DNA from: Mobula hypostoma | Taxonomy: Eukaryota | Direction of reading: 5' to 3' | Length of the DNA stretch: 64,000 nt | NCBI RefSeq assembly: GCF_963921235.1 | Contig: NC_086097.1 | Span: 155,746,001-155,810,000, forward strand | In this document: positions 37,720 to 51,933 of the stretch, piece after piece | Layout of the letters: the number at the start of each line of letters is the position of its first letter | How positions within the stretch are numbered: the stretch's first letter is position 1 | Made by a program: the position numbers and the translations under genes | Notes under the pieces: model-generated | Databases searched by the model: none | What the model was told of the DNA's origin: nothing | Seen by the model: the letters and a program-made list of their open reading frames with translations, nothing else

Positions 37720-38212
37720 TGTGTGAGGTCTCCATCAGACAGGGTTGACCATGGATTTTGCGTCCTGTCTGTCCAGATATGCAGGCCTGGGCAGTATGAT
37801 ATGGAGAGCAAGCTGCTGCCCGTATGGCAAATTACCCCTCCACACATCTGATAAACCCAGCAGAGAATGATACAGCTTGGCACCAGCAGCTCTGCAGGAA
37901 TTGCCAATCAGTGTTGAACTCAACATAGGACTCCAGCTCCAAATTTTTCCCTTGGTGTTTGAGATCAGAGTTTTCATTCTCGTCGATGAGCTGCCAACCA
38001 CGGCTGACGAGCCCCCTCTGCCTGAAGCAACTGGTTTTAAGGTGCTTGTAACACGCCTCTGTCCATCTCCTGTTCCACCAAACTTAGTAGCTATGGCACA
38101 CTTAAAGGCCAGGAGCTGGACCTGGTTGTCAGAGGCTATTTGAGGTGTACACCATTGGGAGCATTTAATAGGTAGTGGGGCTTGACCCCAGTTATAACAA
38201 CCTTAAGGAGCT
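37720..38212 (-). mobile_element. RTE-type short element, same family as 51778-52373
   Basis: Shared CCCACTACCTATTAAATG..CTCAAATAGCCT..GCTCCTGGCCTT; ACAGAT on both flanks. Confidence 0.75.
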
Positions 38213-38854
38213 TACAGATAACATCTGCTAAAAGGATGTTTATGCATTTTGTACACTGGCTTACTTTGAACTAAAGTAGTATTTAACTTTGCTGTATTAC
38301 AACGGCAATGATCACATTCCTTCTTCTCCAGCCGTTCACCTTTCCCACCAACCTGGCTTCACCTATCACCTTCTAGCTAGTTCTCTTTCTCCTCTCTCCA
38401 CCCTTTTTATTCTAGCGTCTTCCCCCTTCCTTTCCGGTCTCGAAGAAGGCTCTCAGCTTGAAACATCAACTGTTTATTCATTTTCAGAGTTACTACTTGA
38501 CCTGCTGAGTTTCACCAGCATTACGTGTGTGTTGCTCTGGATTTCCAGCATCTGCAGAATCTCTTGTGTTTAGTGTTTGACTACAACTGGTCAAAGTGCT
38601 AAAGGAATATAAGCTTTTAGCTTAAGGGTATTGGCAACCATAATAAGAATTAAATTATTCTTCAAACTGTTCTGTCCCTGCCTGTGTGCAGTGAATTGAG
38701 AAATTCAATAAGGATTTCATAGCTCTTGATAGAGGAGTATGGAGAAAGCATTTCCACCAAAGTAAAGCAAATTATTCTGTAAGTACTCAGTACTCAGGGA
38801 AATGTCTAGAAAGGTGAAAATAGATTAATGTTTCAGGTCAATGATGTTTCTTTA

Positions 38855-39210
38855 TGTAATGCCCTGGTTAAGATTTCTACTGCTATGCTGAGGTATTTTT
38901 TTTTAGCTTTAGCAGTTTCCTGAACAACCGGTGTGTACTGCTGGTTAGAGTATTTTGGCTTTGGCTAAAGGTAAGGAGCCATGTCGCCATGTCGTTCAAC
39001 TTAGGAATGTTGCGTCAGCCTATCAGGGACAGTAGTCTGGTTTGGGGGCTTTTGGCGGGAGCAGGTAACAATGGAGGATGCCTGCAGAACGCTGCCTGAA
39101 GGAGAGACCCCGTTGTAAGAAGTGTTTTGTGCAGATAAATGATTCCAAGGAGGAAGTGACAATACTCCTGAGTTAGCCAGTTCATTTGAGATGATCTTCG
39201 AGTGAAAATT
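38855..39210 (+). mobile_element. Partial LTR-like sequence
   Basis: Begins TGTAATG with GC-richer LTR-like content; no matching end found. Confidence 0.35.
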
Positions 39211-40424
39211 GGTAAATATACTTTCTTGACAATTGTAGATGATCTGTTATTTCTTGATGACTGATAATTGTGTCTGAGCAATACGTACACAGCATTCGCT
39301 CCAATCAATGTTCTTTAATCAGAGCAACACAACTTTCTGTTTGGTTGAACCCCAAATCATACTGGCCCTAGACGTATATTGTTTATGAAAGGTGGCCTTC
39401 TCACTGCTGAGTCATATGGCTGTTAGCAGAGTTAGCTAACAAGCAAGTTCATATTCAAGCCCCAGTGAGGGAAATTAGTTACTTAAACTGTAAAAGAATG
39501 CAGTTTTCAGTTTCAGATTCAACATATCATGTAAGATCATAAAATCTACTTAGCTACTTCAATGAATCTGAAGATTACTGAATGACGCTGTGCGTGAGGT
39601 TCATATATGTATTCATATCAAATTCTCCTCTCTGTTGGAGCATTTGGAATTAGGCATGCTAATGGTAATATTAAATTGGAACACATGAGATACTGCAGGT
39701 GCTGGAAATCCAGAACAACACACTCAAAATGCTGGAGCAACTCAGCAGGTCAGGCAGCATCTATAGAGATGAATACACAGTTGACGTTTCGGGCCAAGAC
39801 CCTCTGGCACTTACTGGTAAATCATAAGGCAAGAGAATCGACCAAAAGCATTACTTATAACATTTTTCATGAAGCAGTTGGTGGTGAACTATAACAACAG
39901 ACAGTGAGGAGGTAGGCAGAGGCAAGGCTGGTCACGGGATGGGCTATGCTGGGGTATCACGAGGCAAAACATGGTCGAGCTGCCAGGTTCACACACGGAT
40001 TTCATATCACTACCGGAGATGGAGTGAACGATTTGGAGAGGAGTCGATGTGGAAGAGTTTCAATGCCCGTCCACCTAACCCAGCTGCGAGCTTGAATTGC
40101 TCCAAGTGCCAAGCCGATTTGGTGAAATCGTCAATGGCTTTGGCAGGGTAACCCAGGCCTATCGGGGTGCCAGGATCCAGGTCCTAGAAGGTAGCACTAC
40201 TCAGTGCTTGGACAATTTAAACGCCAGCCCAGGTTGTTTTCATTATGGTTTCAAAGATACCAGACTTCATTTCTACAAACTGTGTGCTTTCCTTCATGTT
40301 TGAAACTAAGCTATTACTTTGTCACACCTTTCAAATGAATGATGTTCTGCATACATTTTTAAGGAGCTGCACATTATATGAGCACAGCAATCTGCAAATA
40401 CAAGGACACGGCATGGCCTCAGGA

Positions 40425-40920
40425 CCTTTTCAAATCTTTCTCTTCTCACCTTAAACATCTGCCCACTAGATTTAGACTCCACTGCAGTGGGGAAAATTTG
40501 TGACCATCCACCTTACTTATGCCTCAGTGGTTTTATAAACTGGAATATAGTAAGTTATCAGCCTCCTAAGCTACCGGGAAAAAGTCGCAGCCTATCTAGT
40601 TTCTCCCTATAACTATGACGTTTTGCACCAGTGTCATCCTGATGAATCTTTTCTGCCCCTTTTCCAGCTTAATGGCAACTTTCCTGTTGTTGAGTGACCA
40701 AAACGGTGCACAATACTTAAATGTGGTCTCAACAATGACCTGTACAGTTGTGACATATCATAACAATTCCAGCAGTCAGTGCCCTGACCAATGAACCTTC
40801 AACACTACTATGTCTACCCATGTCACCACTTTTAAGGATATAGGTATTAATACCCTTCAGTCTTTCAGATCTGTAATCCTCAGCGGTGCTCAACCATTTA
40901 CTCTGTAAGCCCCGCCCTTT
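40425..40920 (-). mobile_element. Degenerate CR1 3' fragment
   Basis: Reverse complement of the YCAPFWSL..AIKLE..RFIRM-like region. Confidence 0.65.
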
Positions 40921-42434
40921 GTTTTCTTATTTTTCCATTAGATGATGCTGTTACCACTTTTATCCAAAGTAGATTATCCTTCAACTAAATTTAAAAGCAC
41001 TCTTTTTCTCACAAAGTTCCAAAGTAGAATTCTCCCAAATAATAAAAAAATTAAGGACATATCATGAAAGAGAGGCAAAAGAAACCTGGAAATAGAGGGT
41101 TTAAACAGAGACAGGGTTTTGAACTTGGTGACCATTTGAAGAGCAAAATGGGCTTGGAGAACTGAATGATTTACTCATATTCCTATTTTCTCTGCTTCTA
41201 AGTTTAATGTTATAATTTATCTTGTCTAACTGTTATCCCTTAAACATACAATCAATAAACAGATTACTTGATGAGTGACGTCATTGCTCAATGTAGAGTA
41301 TTGTTACTATGGATTTTAACTGCATTTAGTCTAAAGGGAATTTACTGTGTGAAGCTTTATAATAGTAGAACAAATTCACAGTAGAACTAGATTAAGCTGC
41401 TCAGATCTGCTCTATTCAATATGATTGTGACTGAGCTCATTTCCACTTCCCCTGCCTGATCTGCATATCATATTAATTCATGTAGCATCGAAAAGCTATT
41501 TCTCTTGGTCATCTACCCATGAGACATGGTGTCCTGTTAATGCTATATAAATGCAAGTATTCTGTAAGTCACTGCAACTTGAAGCTGATTTGAATATTGA
41601 GGATGATCAATGACTTGAATTGTGCTTAAACAGGAAATGCATTGGCAATACTGAAAATAGTTTGATGAATAGCATTGTCTACAACTATTCATATCAATAA
41701 ACACAGTAATTAGTTCTGGAATATTACTGATTTTATGCCGGAGTTTAGTATCATTAATAATGTATGTAATGTGAATTTGGAGGAGCTGTTGAGTTTTCTT
41801 TTCATTTCTGCTACATTTAACTATTTTCCTTAGTTGGTTTAAATAAAGTTTCTTTCCACCCTGAAAACTTGTTTTCTGACTTTTATTGATTATTAAAAAA
41901 ATTCCCTCCTCAAATCCAAGGTTGCATATCCACCATCAACTAATATCACTCTTCAGTGATTATATCTTCATTTAGATACATACTGTCATAAGTTCTGGTT
42001 AGTTTTAGATTTTTCTTGTTCATAATTTTCTAGAGTCCTTCAAATTACAACATTCATCAGACCAAGAAATTATGATGCATGTTTTTTCCGTATCTCACAT
42101 GATCTGTCAAACAAGAAATACTTAGCTGTTGTAAGACTACTGAATGGTTCTCCAGTGCAATCAACCTCACAATTTACCTCATCGTGGTCTTGCACCTTAT
42201 TGTCTGCCCACACTGCACTTTCTCTGTATCAACTTATTCTGCATTTTGTTATTGTTTTTCTTTTTACAATCTGAATGTACTGATGTGATGAAATGATCTG
42301 TTTGGGTGGCACGTAAAACCATGTTTCTCATTGTAACTTGGCACATGTGACAATAATAAGCAATTTACTAAAAAACAAAAAATTTTGCAAATGTTGACAT
42401 CACAACAATAATAAAGGTAGCCGTGATCTGTTTT

Positions 42435-42725
42435 TAATTAGCGATACAGCAGAGAGTAGGCTCTCTGGCCCTTCGAGCAGCACTGCCACAGCAGCCCTGA
42501 CAACTGCGATTTAACCCTAATCTGATCATTGGGCAATTTACAACGATCAATTAACCTACCTGGTACGTCTCTGGATTGTGGGTGGAACATGGAGTATCTG
42601 AGGAAAGCCATGCATCCCACAGGGAAGATGGGCAGACTCCCTGCACAGGACACCAAGATTGAGCTGCAGACTCTGATGCTCTGAGCTGTGATAGTGCTGT
42701 GCTAAATGCTTCACTGCTGTGGCAT
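42435..42725 (-). mobile_element. HE1/V-SINE-like SINE
   Basis: Reverse complement of the 37150-type element. Confidence 0.7.
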
Positions 42726-43299
42726 CTATTATAATCCTGGTGTAACTATTATCTTTTTTGTGATGTGAATAATTATTTACAATGCCATGATCAGGATTTG
42801 TAAATAAATCCAATCAGCTAACCCAGAAAAGGTAAGAGGTCCCTGAATTGCTCGGTTACAAGTATATACGGTATTTGGTTGTCAGTACAATGATTACCCA
42901 TTGTGCCAATTATCTACCAGAATTTTGACAGTACTGCCTCTCTTGTTATTTGAATAGCTTATATTTTTTGTGTGATATAAAAGAAAAGATTTCTTTATTT
43001 CAGCATTAATAATGGCTGAAGCTTCAATTACACTGGACAATTTTTTTTCGAAAGTGTTGCTTCCTCAGAACTTATATTTGTTTATGATAGACTACTTGAA
43101 GCTGAACACAAATATAATTTCAGTCTAATTGTATCACATAGAGAAACAAGAAATTAACTTTTATTGAATATAATATGTTTAATTGCATAGCGGTGCTGAC
43201 ACTCTGCAATAGTTGGACTAAGCTAAAAATGTTATATTGATGATTTTCATTTGTACTAAGTGTCTGAGGCTTCTTGTTTAAGTATCCAACAATAATGAG

Positions 43300-43814
43300 T
43301 CAGCACTGATGGATTCCAGTTGCCCTGATAGCATGTCTCTATGACCGCAAGGTCCTGGTGAAGCCATTCATTTTGTTCATCACTGACAGCGCCAAGATTT
43401 GCAGGGAAGAAGTCTAATTGGGAATGCAGAAAATTAATCTTAGTGGCATGTTGCTCTTCATGGTTTTGTATGCTTGAAACATGTTGTTAACCAGCTGCAT
43501 GTAGTTTGGTGTTCTGTAGTTGCCAAGAAAATTTTCAGCATCCTTGAATGCCTTCCGTGTGAGTTTCTTCAGTCCCACGAGTAGTTCTTTGAATTGTCTG
43601 TCATTAATGACCTGATTGATTTATGGACCAGCAAAAATGACAGAATAACAGAACTGGTTATTCTGTCTTGAGTTATGAACTAAAATAACAGACATAAGCA
43701 ATTAAAAAAAAACTGTATGATAGGAACATTTCATGGTGATTTTCATGATCAGTAGCCCCAATCCATAAGATACACTCCAAAGTATTCAGGAAGCAAAATC
43801 TTTGTTGCCTAGTG
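43300..43814 (-). mobile_element. Chapaev3 (CMC) DNA transposon relic
   Basis: Minus frame gives NMPLR..FLHSQLDFFPANLGAVSDEQNEWLHQDLAVIE.CYQGNW; terminus CACTAGGCAACAAAG at 43814 next to TTA. Confidence 0.7.
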
Positions 43815-44967
43815 TTATATATCCTATCCATCACAAGAATTGCTTTCTTCCATCTTAGCTGGCTCTGAGCTGTCTTGGTCTATTTGCTACAGAAATTTAC
43901 TTTTCCCTTCCAAACTTAACAATGCTAATGTTCTCATAGCAAATCACCATCTTCTGTTAACCTTTGAACATTCAAAACTTTGTTTTTCTTCTGCCTTGTA
44001 ACACCAGGTCTGCCTCTCTTATTTACGCTGCCTCTTGAGTTAGACATGTATAGGCTTGTCTTGCGCCTCCTACTGCCACTCTCCAGTAATGCTGTGAAAA
44101 TTGCAAATCCTTTGACCTAAAGCATTAACTTGTTTTTATATCCACAGATGCTGCTTAACTGGCTTAGTTCTTCCAGCATTTTTATGTTTGTTTCAGATTC
44201 TAGCATGTGCAGTAATTTTTCCACATTATCACCAAATGTATTTCAGACTCATTAAAACATTAGGCCATCTATCACTGTCGTCTAAGTTAGACCTGCAGCC
44301 CTATCCTAAGCTGATTCTATTGCTGGTTCATTGTTTGATGTAGCTTTGCATATCGGGTCTCCACCTTCTGGAGTTCCCCGTGATGTGTCTTTGCATCTTT
44401 CTTCCCACTTGCAACTTAAGACTCCATTTCAGTAAACGTTTTTCACATGCTTAGTAGTTGATTCTTGTCCTGATATTGCCTCTATCATGCCTTGGCACAA
44501 TTCTATGTTATAGTATATGTATTATATATAGTGCAGTTAGTATTTATGCTTTGCTTTTAATCCATTCTTAAAAGGTATAATCATTCCTGAACTTGTCCAC
44601 TATTAATAGAATGCAGCTGATCAGCCAATTTCCAGAATTCATAAAGCTTATTATAGAAAGTATTGATGTGTATATGACACTTAAAATTGAAATTAATGTT
44701 TGTAAAAAAAAAACTTAAATTCTAAACCAGGAAACTGTATAAAGACAAATAGCCAGCCTTCTCCCCAATGAGATGTGAATTTGATAAAATAGACATGAAA
44801 GATCCAAAAGTTACAAATGCTGCAGACAAAGGTTAGTTAAGGTATTCTTCCTAATGAATGTGGGGATACTTGAGAGAATTCCTGCAGTTTACCATTATGT
44901 TCGGTCTATAGGTCATCATATTTAGGTAGGATCTTAAGTTTGGTGGAAATCTGTGCATTTGATATGC

Positions 44968-45590
44968 TGAAGATGGCAGCACAATGCAGCACGCACGGCC
45001 ATTCCAAATGATATCGTATCTGTGAAGTAGGATGCCGTGCACAATGCTGATTTGATAGAGACAGACGTGAAGGAGCACGGAGGAACATCTGAAATGCCCA
45101 CTTCGCTGCCGCTGCTACTGCGCGACCGAGAATCTCCAGAGGGAAGGCCCCGAATCCTCGGCCTTGCCTATTGCCTGTTGCCGAGCTGGGGTCGAAGTGC
45201 TCGGTGGATCGGTGTCAGAGAGCTGGTTGGAGGCTCGGAGTTTTCGGAAGGACTCGGAGTCAGACTGTGGTTGGATGCTTCCGGGATGCTGCATCAGCAA
45301 GTTTGCGGCGCTGGAGGTTTACCGTCTGCGTGAGATGATGGGACTTTCGAGAGATTTTGAGACTTTACCATGCCCATTGTCGGTCCTTATCAAATTACGG
45401 TATTGCTTTGCACTGTTGTAACTATATGTTATAATTATGTGGTTTTTGTCAGTTTTTCAGTCTTGGTTTGTCATGTGTTTCTGTGATATCATTCTGGAAA
45501 AACATTGTATCATTTCTTAATGCATGCATTACTAAATGACAATAAAAGAGGACTGCGTGTCCTCATAATCTAATCTAATCTAATCTAATT
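44968..45590 (+). mobile_element. Non-autonomous retroelement with (AATCT)n tail
   Basis: AAGATGGC start; AATAAAAGAGGACTG..(TAATC)4 tail; second copy at 55181-57375. Confidence 0.8.
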
Positions 45591-47119
45591 TTCTTCAGAT
45601 GTTGTAAAATCCTGGGAAAGGATATAAGCATTTTTCTCCATATATAGCACTTGGGTCATCTTCCTCCTTTACACGCATGATCAAACAACTTCCTGTCAAA
45701 TGACTTCTTATCACACAATATATAACAATAGCAACCACCTTTAAGTTGTTCACCACATTCTTGACATGTTAAGCTTACCATATCAATGTTTTATTTAACA
45801 GAGTTAGCTGCACATGTCACAATATTTGGATTAACTAAGTAGAATGTATAATATCACTGCTTTAAGCTGAATACAAAGTTCTAGCTGTCTGCTGTATCAT
45901 ATTACAAACAAACAAAGAACAATGTCACCAGAATGGAAATAACTGTAATTTCCAGTGTGGTAACATATTTTAAGAATTTGCTGAAATGTGGACAATGATT
46001 TCAGTTTACCACTGATTGTAGTTGTTATCTGGCCATCTGCTTTAAGAAATAGTTCCATCTTCTGCTCTTAAAAGCCTTGGCTAAATTGAAAGCTGAGTCT
46101 CAAGAGAAAAGGAGGGATTCCAATACACTGCACTACTCAATAACTACTGTATTCCCACCTAGGATTCTCAAATGGGTTCTTCAAACTGAGAGTGAGTCTT
46201 TACAAATGCTAACTTATTTATACTTCATTTAAAAAAAACTGAGAATGAGGTAAGTTAAGTTGATTTATGAAATTCAATATCCATAACTTTCCAATTAGAG
46301 TATTGAAATGAAACTTCTATTGTTATTATTTTGACTACCTGGCCTGATAAATTATTACAAGCATTTAGTACTCTTTGAACAATGGTTACATAACTAATAT
46401 CATTCACATTGAGATTCTACGCATCAGATTTGCTTTAGAATGATATTATAATCACAAACACAATATAGAAATATGTTTATATTTTACATTTCTTGAAGAC
46501 AAACATTTTAATAGTTATTAACACATTTTCAACTAGGGCCAGGTAATGTAACTGACATACATAGATTAGATTGGCACTATTTGTCACACATGCATCGAAA
46601 CATACAGAGAAAGGAGTCATTTGCATCACCAACCAACGCAGTTTAAGAATGTGTTCGGGCAGCATGCAAGTGTTGCTATCATGCCTCCGGCACCAGCATA
46701 GCATGTCACCCTATTACTTAACTAACTTAGGTGAAGTTCACACAGAACATGTAAGGTAACCTGTTATAGCCTTCTGACGCAGAAATAAATATAGAGCATT
46801 GCTGCTACATCTCCATCCTGGCACCAAAGCATTAATGAATAAGCACAGTGATTCATTCAGCCACAGATACTCTTAATTATCAAAAGTTTTGATGAAAGTT
46901 TATCCACCTAAACAGTTAAGGATTTTTCTCTCGCTACATATTCTGATGAAGCTGTCCAGCAATATTTTTTTTATAAATTTTATTTCTCAGATATCACCTT
47001 ATTAATACATCAGGTCATTATATAGTTAGCTGATAAGATAAGCTTTAAGGTAGATAAGGGAGAGCCCACCTTTCTGATATTTATTCATTTGCTCAGATCC
47101 TGCTGTTCTGACTAGCAAA

Positions 47120-48990
47120 GCATATAGATTAGCAGAGCATAGGAACAGGTTATCTGGCCCAAATGTCTGTGCCCACCACGATGCTACTTTGGACCAAAAG
47201 GAAAAGGAGTAGAATCTGGCCATTTGGCCCATCAAATCTTCGCTTATTAACAGCACATCTGTTCGAATAGTCTATCTCCTTCCATCCCTTGTCCATCTAC
47301 TTAGCTCTTTAAACTTTGCTACCATACTGTATCTGTTTCCATTGCTTCACCTGGCATTGTGTTCCAGGCACTTGCCCTCTATGCAAAAAAAAATTGCCTC
47401 ATAAATCTCCTTTAAACTTGCTCTCTCTTAACTTAAATCTATGACCTCCAGTTATCATTTCCATGCTAGGATAAAGGGCACTTTCCTCTGCAATGTTTTG
47501 ACCTGAAACCTTGACAATTCCTTTCCTCCCGCCAATGCTGCTCGACCTGCTGAGTTCCTCCAGCAGATTGTGTGTTCTTCCAATGGATTGTGTGTTGCTC
47601 CATGTTCCAGCATCTATAGTCTTTTGTGTCTTTGCTGTCTTCCTTATGTCTCTTACAAGTTTATATACTCCTACCAGGTCAGCCATCTGCCTCCAACGCT
47701 GTAGAGAAAACAACCCGTGTTAGTCCAGCCTCACCTTGTAGGCAATAATCTCTAATCCCAGCACTACCCAGGTGAATCTCTTCTGCACCCAAAATCTCCT
47801 CATCCTTCCTGTAGTGTGGTAGTATAGAACTGCACAAAAGTCTCCATACGTGGTCTAACCAATGTTCTATACACATGCAACATGATATCCTGACCTTCTT
47901 TCAACATTCAAACTGAAGAGAGCTGGAATACCATATGTACAGTACCCTTTATCACCCTGTCCACTTGTATTGGCACTCTCAAAGAGCTGTGCATTTGTGC
48001 TCCAAGATTCAGCAGTGCTCTTAAAGGTTCTGCTACCTACTGAATTCTTCGCTACTTTTCTCTATTATTTCACCTCGAGAGAAAAAAAAATAGGAACGTC
48101 TGCAGTGCTTTTGAAGTGCTCACCTCTCGAAGCGTGACATCTCATATTTGTCTGAATTAAACTTCATCCGCCATTTCTCTACTCATATTTCCAATTGGTC
48201 TATATAGAATATTGAACATAGAACAGTACAGCACAGGAACAGGCCCTTTGGCCTACAATGTTGTGCTGAACCATTAGTAATTAAATGGTTAACTAAACTA
48301 ATCTCTCCTGCCTACACACTGTCCATTTCCTTCCATTGCCATCACATTCATGTGCCTATCTAAATGTCTCTTAAAAGTCTCTAATATTTCTGCCTCTACC
48401 ACCACCCCAGGCAGTGCATTCCAGGCACCAACTAATCTCAAATCTCCTTTGAAATTACCCCCCTCACCTTAAATGCATGCCCTCCGATATCAGACACTTC
48501 AAACCTAGGGAAAAGGTATTGTCTGACTACTTTATCTATTCCACTCATAATCTTATAAACCTCTATCAGATCTCCCCACAGCTTCCAGCACTCCACAGAA
48601 GACAACCCAAATTTGTCCAAACTCTCGTTATAACTCTCATCCTAATTCAGACAACATCCTGGTAAAACTCTTCTGCACCCTCTCCAAAACCTCAACATCC
48701 TTCCTATAGTGGGGTGACCAGAACTGTATGCAATAGTCAAGATGCAGCCTAATTAGTGTTTTATAAAGCTGCAAAATAAGTATATCTTGTTGAATCCATT
48801 AATAATCCTCCTCACTATCCACAACTCCATCCAATTTGTGTCATCTGTAAAATTACAAATCAGCTCATTTACATTTTGTCCAAATCGTCTGTAAATGTCA
48901 TAAACAACAGAGGTCCCAACACTAGTTCTTGGTGAATAATAATGGGACACAGACCACCAGTCAAATAAAACACACTTCTGCCACTGCTAA
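47120..48990 (-). mobile_element. Stacked degenerate CR1 3' fragments with Penelope relics
   Basis: KLWGDLIEVYKIMSGIDKV, PHYRKD motifs; ATAGAACAGTACAGCACAG tails. Confidence 0.75.
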
Positions 48991-49480
48991 CAAACAAGAG
49001 AAAATCTGCAGAAATCCAAGCCACACACACTAACTGCAGGAGGAACTTCAGTTTGTTGAGAGGTGTTAAGTGGAAGAGCTAATGGGCTGAAGAAGAAAGA
49101 ATTTTATAAGAGAAGACAGTGGATCATGAGAGAAAGTGAAGGAGGAGGGAGAGCTTCTCCTCTTCTTTCTTTGTTAATTTCTCATTCTGGCTCTCCGTTA
49201 CTCCTTCGTTTCTCCTATCAGATTCTTCTTCAGTCCTTTACCTCTTCCATCTCTCACCTTCCTACTTCATCACTCCTCCTCCACCATTCAACTTTCTCCA
49301 TACCTGGTTTCACCTATCACCTGCCAGATTGATCTCCATCCCCTCCCCCACCTTCTTCTTCTAACTTCATTCCCAGTCCTGATGAAAGGTCTCAGCCTAA
49401 AACATCGACTACTCGTTCATCTCCATAAGATGCTTCCTGACCTGCTGAGTTCCTCCAGCATTTTGTATGTATTGCTCTGG
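48990..49480. mobile_element. Old inverted Penelope relic with decayed hammerhead
   Basis: CAGTCCTGATGAAAGGTCTCAGCCTAAAACATCGACT at about 49374-49410. Confidence 0.65.
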
Positions 49481-50370
49481 TGATTTCGAGTGAAGATACA
49501 TTCCACAGTGCTGTTGTGCAAGCAGGTCCATTACTAGTAAGAAGTGATGAAAAATGATGATATTAGACTTTGAGAACAACCTGCATGTGATGTTGTTCCC
49601 ACACACTTTCTACTTTTATCCTTTGTTGCTGAGGTCATGGGTTTGACAGAAGCTGCTGGAGTAGCCTGAGTTAGTTATGAATTTTGCAATTGGAACACAT
49701 GCAATTATTGTGCCACAGGAGGGAATGAATATTTATGGTGCTGAATGAGATGCCAAACAAGTCGCTGCTTTATCATGCAAAGAATTAAGCTTCTTGAGAA
49801 TCATTGGAGCTTTATTCATGCAAGTGGGTGGAAAGTATGTCATTTCATTTGTGCCTTTGGATAATGGAAAGGCAAAAAGTGTTAGGAGTTGGGTGGCCTG
49901 CTGTAAGATCCCCAGCCTTTGATCTGCTTTGTAGCAGTTGTATTTATCTGAATGGTGCAGTTGAGTTTCTGATCAATAAAGGCCTGGAAGTTAACATTGG
50001 GAATATGGTAATCAAAATGCCACTGAGTTACAGTTAGCTTCAGTCTGATCTTATATACATGGGACCTCTTGGCTCTCTCCATTGCATGCTGATTTTGTTG
50101 CTTAGCATGCATCTAGCCCTGTGTTGCAGTTTCATTTTTTGGTGCCTTCTCATTGAATTGGGGTTGATCCCCTGCATTCATAGTAATGGTAGAGGGAGGG
50201 ATATGTCAGTCCTTGAAGTTACAGGCTCTGGTGGTGTAAATTAGTTACTACAAATAATAAATAACATTTCATGAATGCAGTGTTGCACAGAATTGTAGTG
50301 AAGATGGAACTTTGTCTATAGAGGGGCTGTGAGACAGTTACTTCTGCTGATGCTAAATTTGATAGATATA

Positions 50371-50911
50371 CACTCAGTGGCCACTTCATTAGGTGCCTCC
50401 TGTGGCAAATAAAGTGGCCACTTACTGTACGTTCGTGGTCTTTTGCTGCTGTAGCCCAGCAACTTCAAGATTCAACACATTGTGCATTCAGAGATATTCC
50501 TCTGCACGCCACTGTTGTAGCACATGGTTATTTGCATTACTATTACCTGCCTGTTAGCATGAACAAGTCTGGCCATTCTCCTCTGATCTCTTATCATTAA
50601 CAAGCCATCTTCACCCATAGAACTACCACTCACTCTTGGTTTTTTTGTTTGCTTTTTGCACCATTCTCTAAACTCTAGAGGCTGTTGTGCATGAAAACTT
50701 CTGTAAATCAACAGTCTCTGAGATTTCTGAGATACTCTAACCACCTTGACTGGCACAAACAATCATCTCCCAATCACACTTCTTCCCCATTTTAACCTCT
50801 TAACCATGTCTGCAAGCTTTGATGCGTTGAGTTGCTGCCATGCGATTGGCTGATTATATATTTGTATTAACAAGTAGGTGTACAGGTGGACCTAATAAAG
50901 TGCTATTAAAT
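50371..50911 (-). mobile_element. Non-autonomous Tc1-like element (family of 24374)
   Basis: TA then CACTCAGTGGCCACTTCATTAGG; MARLVHANRQVIVMQITMCYNSG on minus. Confidence 0.8.
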
Positions 50912-51777
50912 ATACCTACCTTGGTGAGGATGATGTCAAGTAAGTTTCTCCCTTGTGTTGTTTCACTCACTTCCAGCCACAGACATGATGTGACACCTCT
51001 GTCTTTCAGCACATAGAATTTCAGCCTTTAACATTTCATTCAAGAAATAAGTGAAATGAAACAGAAAGTAGAGGGAAGGGACATTATACTGAATTGAGCT
51101 GCCTTCACAGTTACCTGGCTGAATGAGCTGCCTGTCTATTCCAGACATACATACTTACACTGTTGCTCCAGGTGGATGTATTTTTGGAACTTGCTGATCC
51201 TACAGCCCATAATAATAGGAAGCAAGAGTGGGAATGGTGTTTGCCTCGCTCTCAAAGCCTGTCAGAGTTTAGCAAGTTTTTAAAAATCCATATTATTCAG
51301 AGAAATTTAAAAATATATATTTTTAACAAATTAACAAATAAAATTATCTTCTGCAACCTGTTCTTAAGAGAACATGGCACAATACTAATAATTTAGTTGT
51401 AGTTACAGGGCATGATACTGTTTTTAAATGTGTGTAATATAAATGATAACAATGCAATCAAAATCCTGTTTCCTTCTTTGGGTTGAAGGAAAAGTGGATG
51501 AACTCCTTACTCCTTGAGATTAGACTTTGTGCCTGTACTAATTTGGAAGTGAGTGTCAAAATGTGAAGTTTAACAGCAGCCTAGAATAGCCCTCAAGCTG
51601 TGAATGATCTTGATATTTCTCCTACAAGCTAGATTCATTCCTTTAGATTCAAGTCAGTGTTTGAGATTGTAGGAGGTCAAAGATCATTCCTTACTAATGT
51701 TGTTTCTCCATTTTCTTTTTCCTGTCCTGTCTAAGTGTTGAGTAACTTGGAATATTTAATTGTTGCCATACATATTT

Positions 51778-51933
51778 GGTTCCCTATGGATTGTAGTGGG
51801 GACAAACACCCACTACCTATTAAATGTTTCCAATGATTGCATCTCAAATAGCCTTTGACAACCACGTCCTGCTCCTGGCCTTCATGTGTGGCTTAGCTAT
51901 TAAGCCTGGAGGAATTATTTCTACTGACAGGAG
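51778..51933 (+). ncRNA. Predicted CPEB3/HDV-like ribozyme, CpG-decayed copy
   Basis: P1 GGTTCC/GGAATT; P2 CTCCTG/CAGGAG; P3 GCC/GGA; L3 TTCATGT; J4/2 CTGA; predicted G1 is the first base after the TSD. Confidence 0.55.

Noticed and set aside
38435..38472. Hammerhead-like motif in an old Penelope relic
   Set aside because: Catalytic core is mutated (CTCGAAGA), so it is unlikely to be functional
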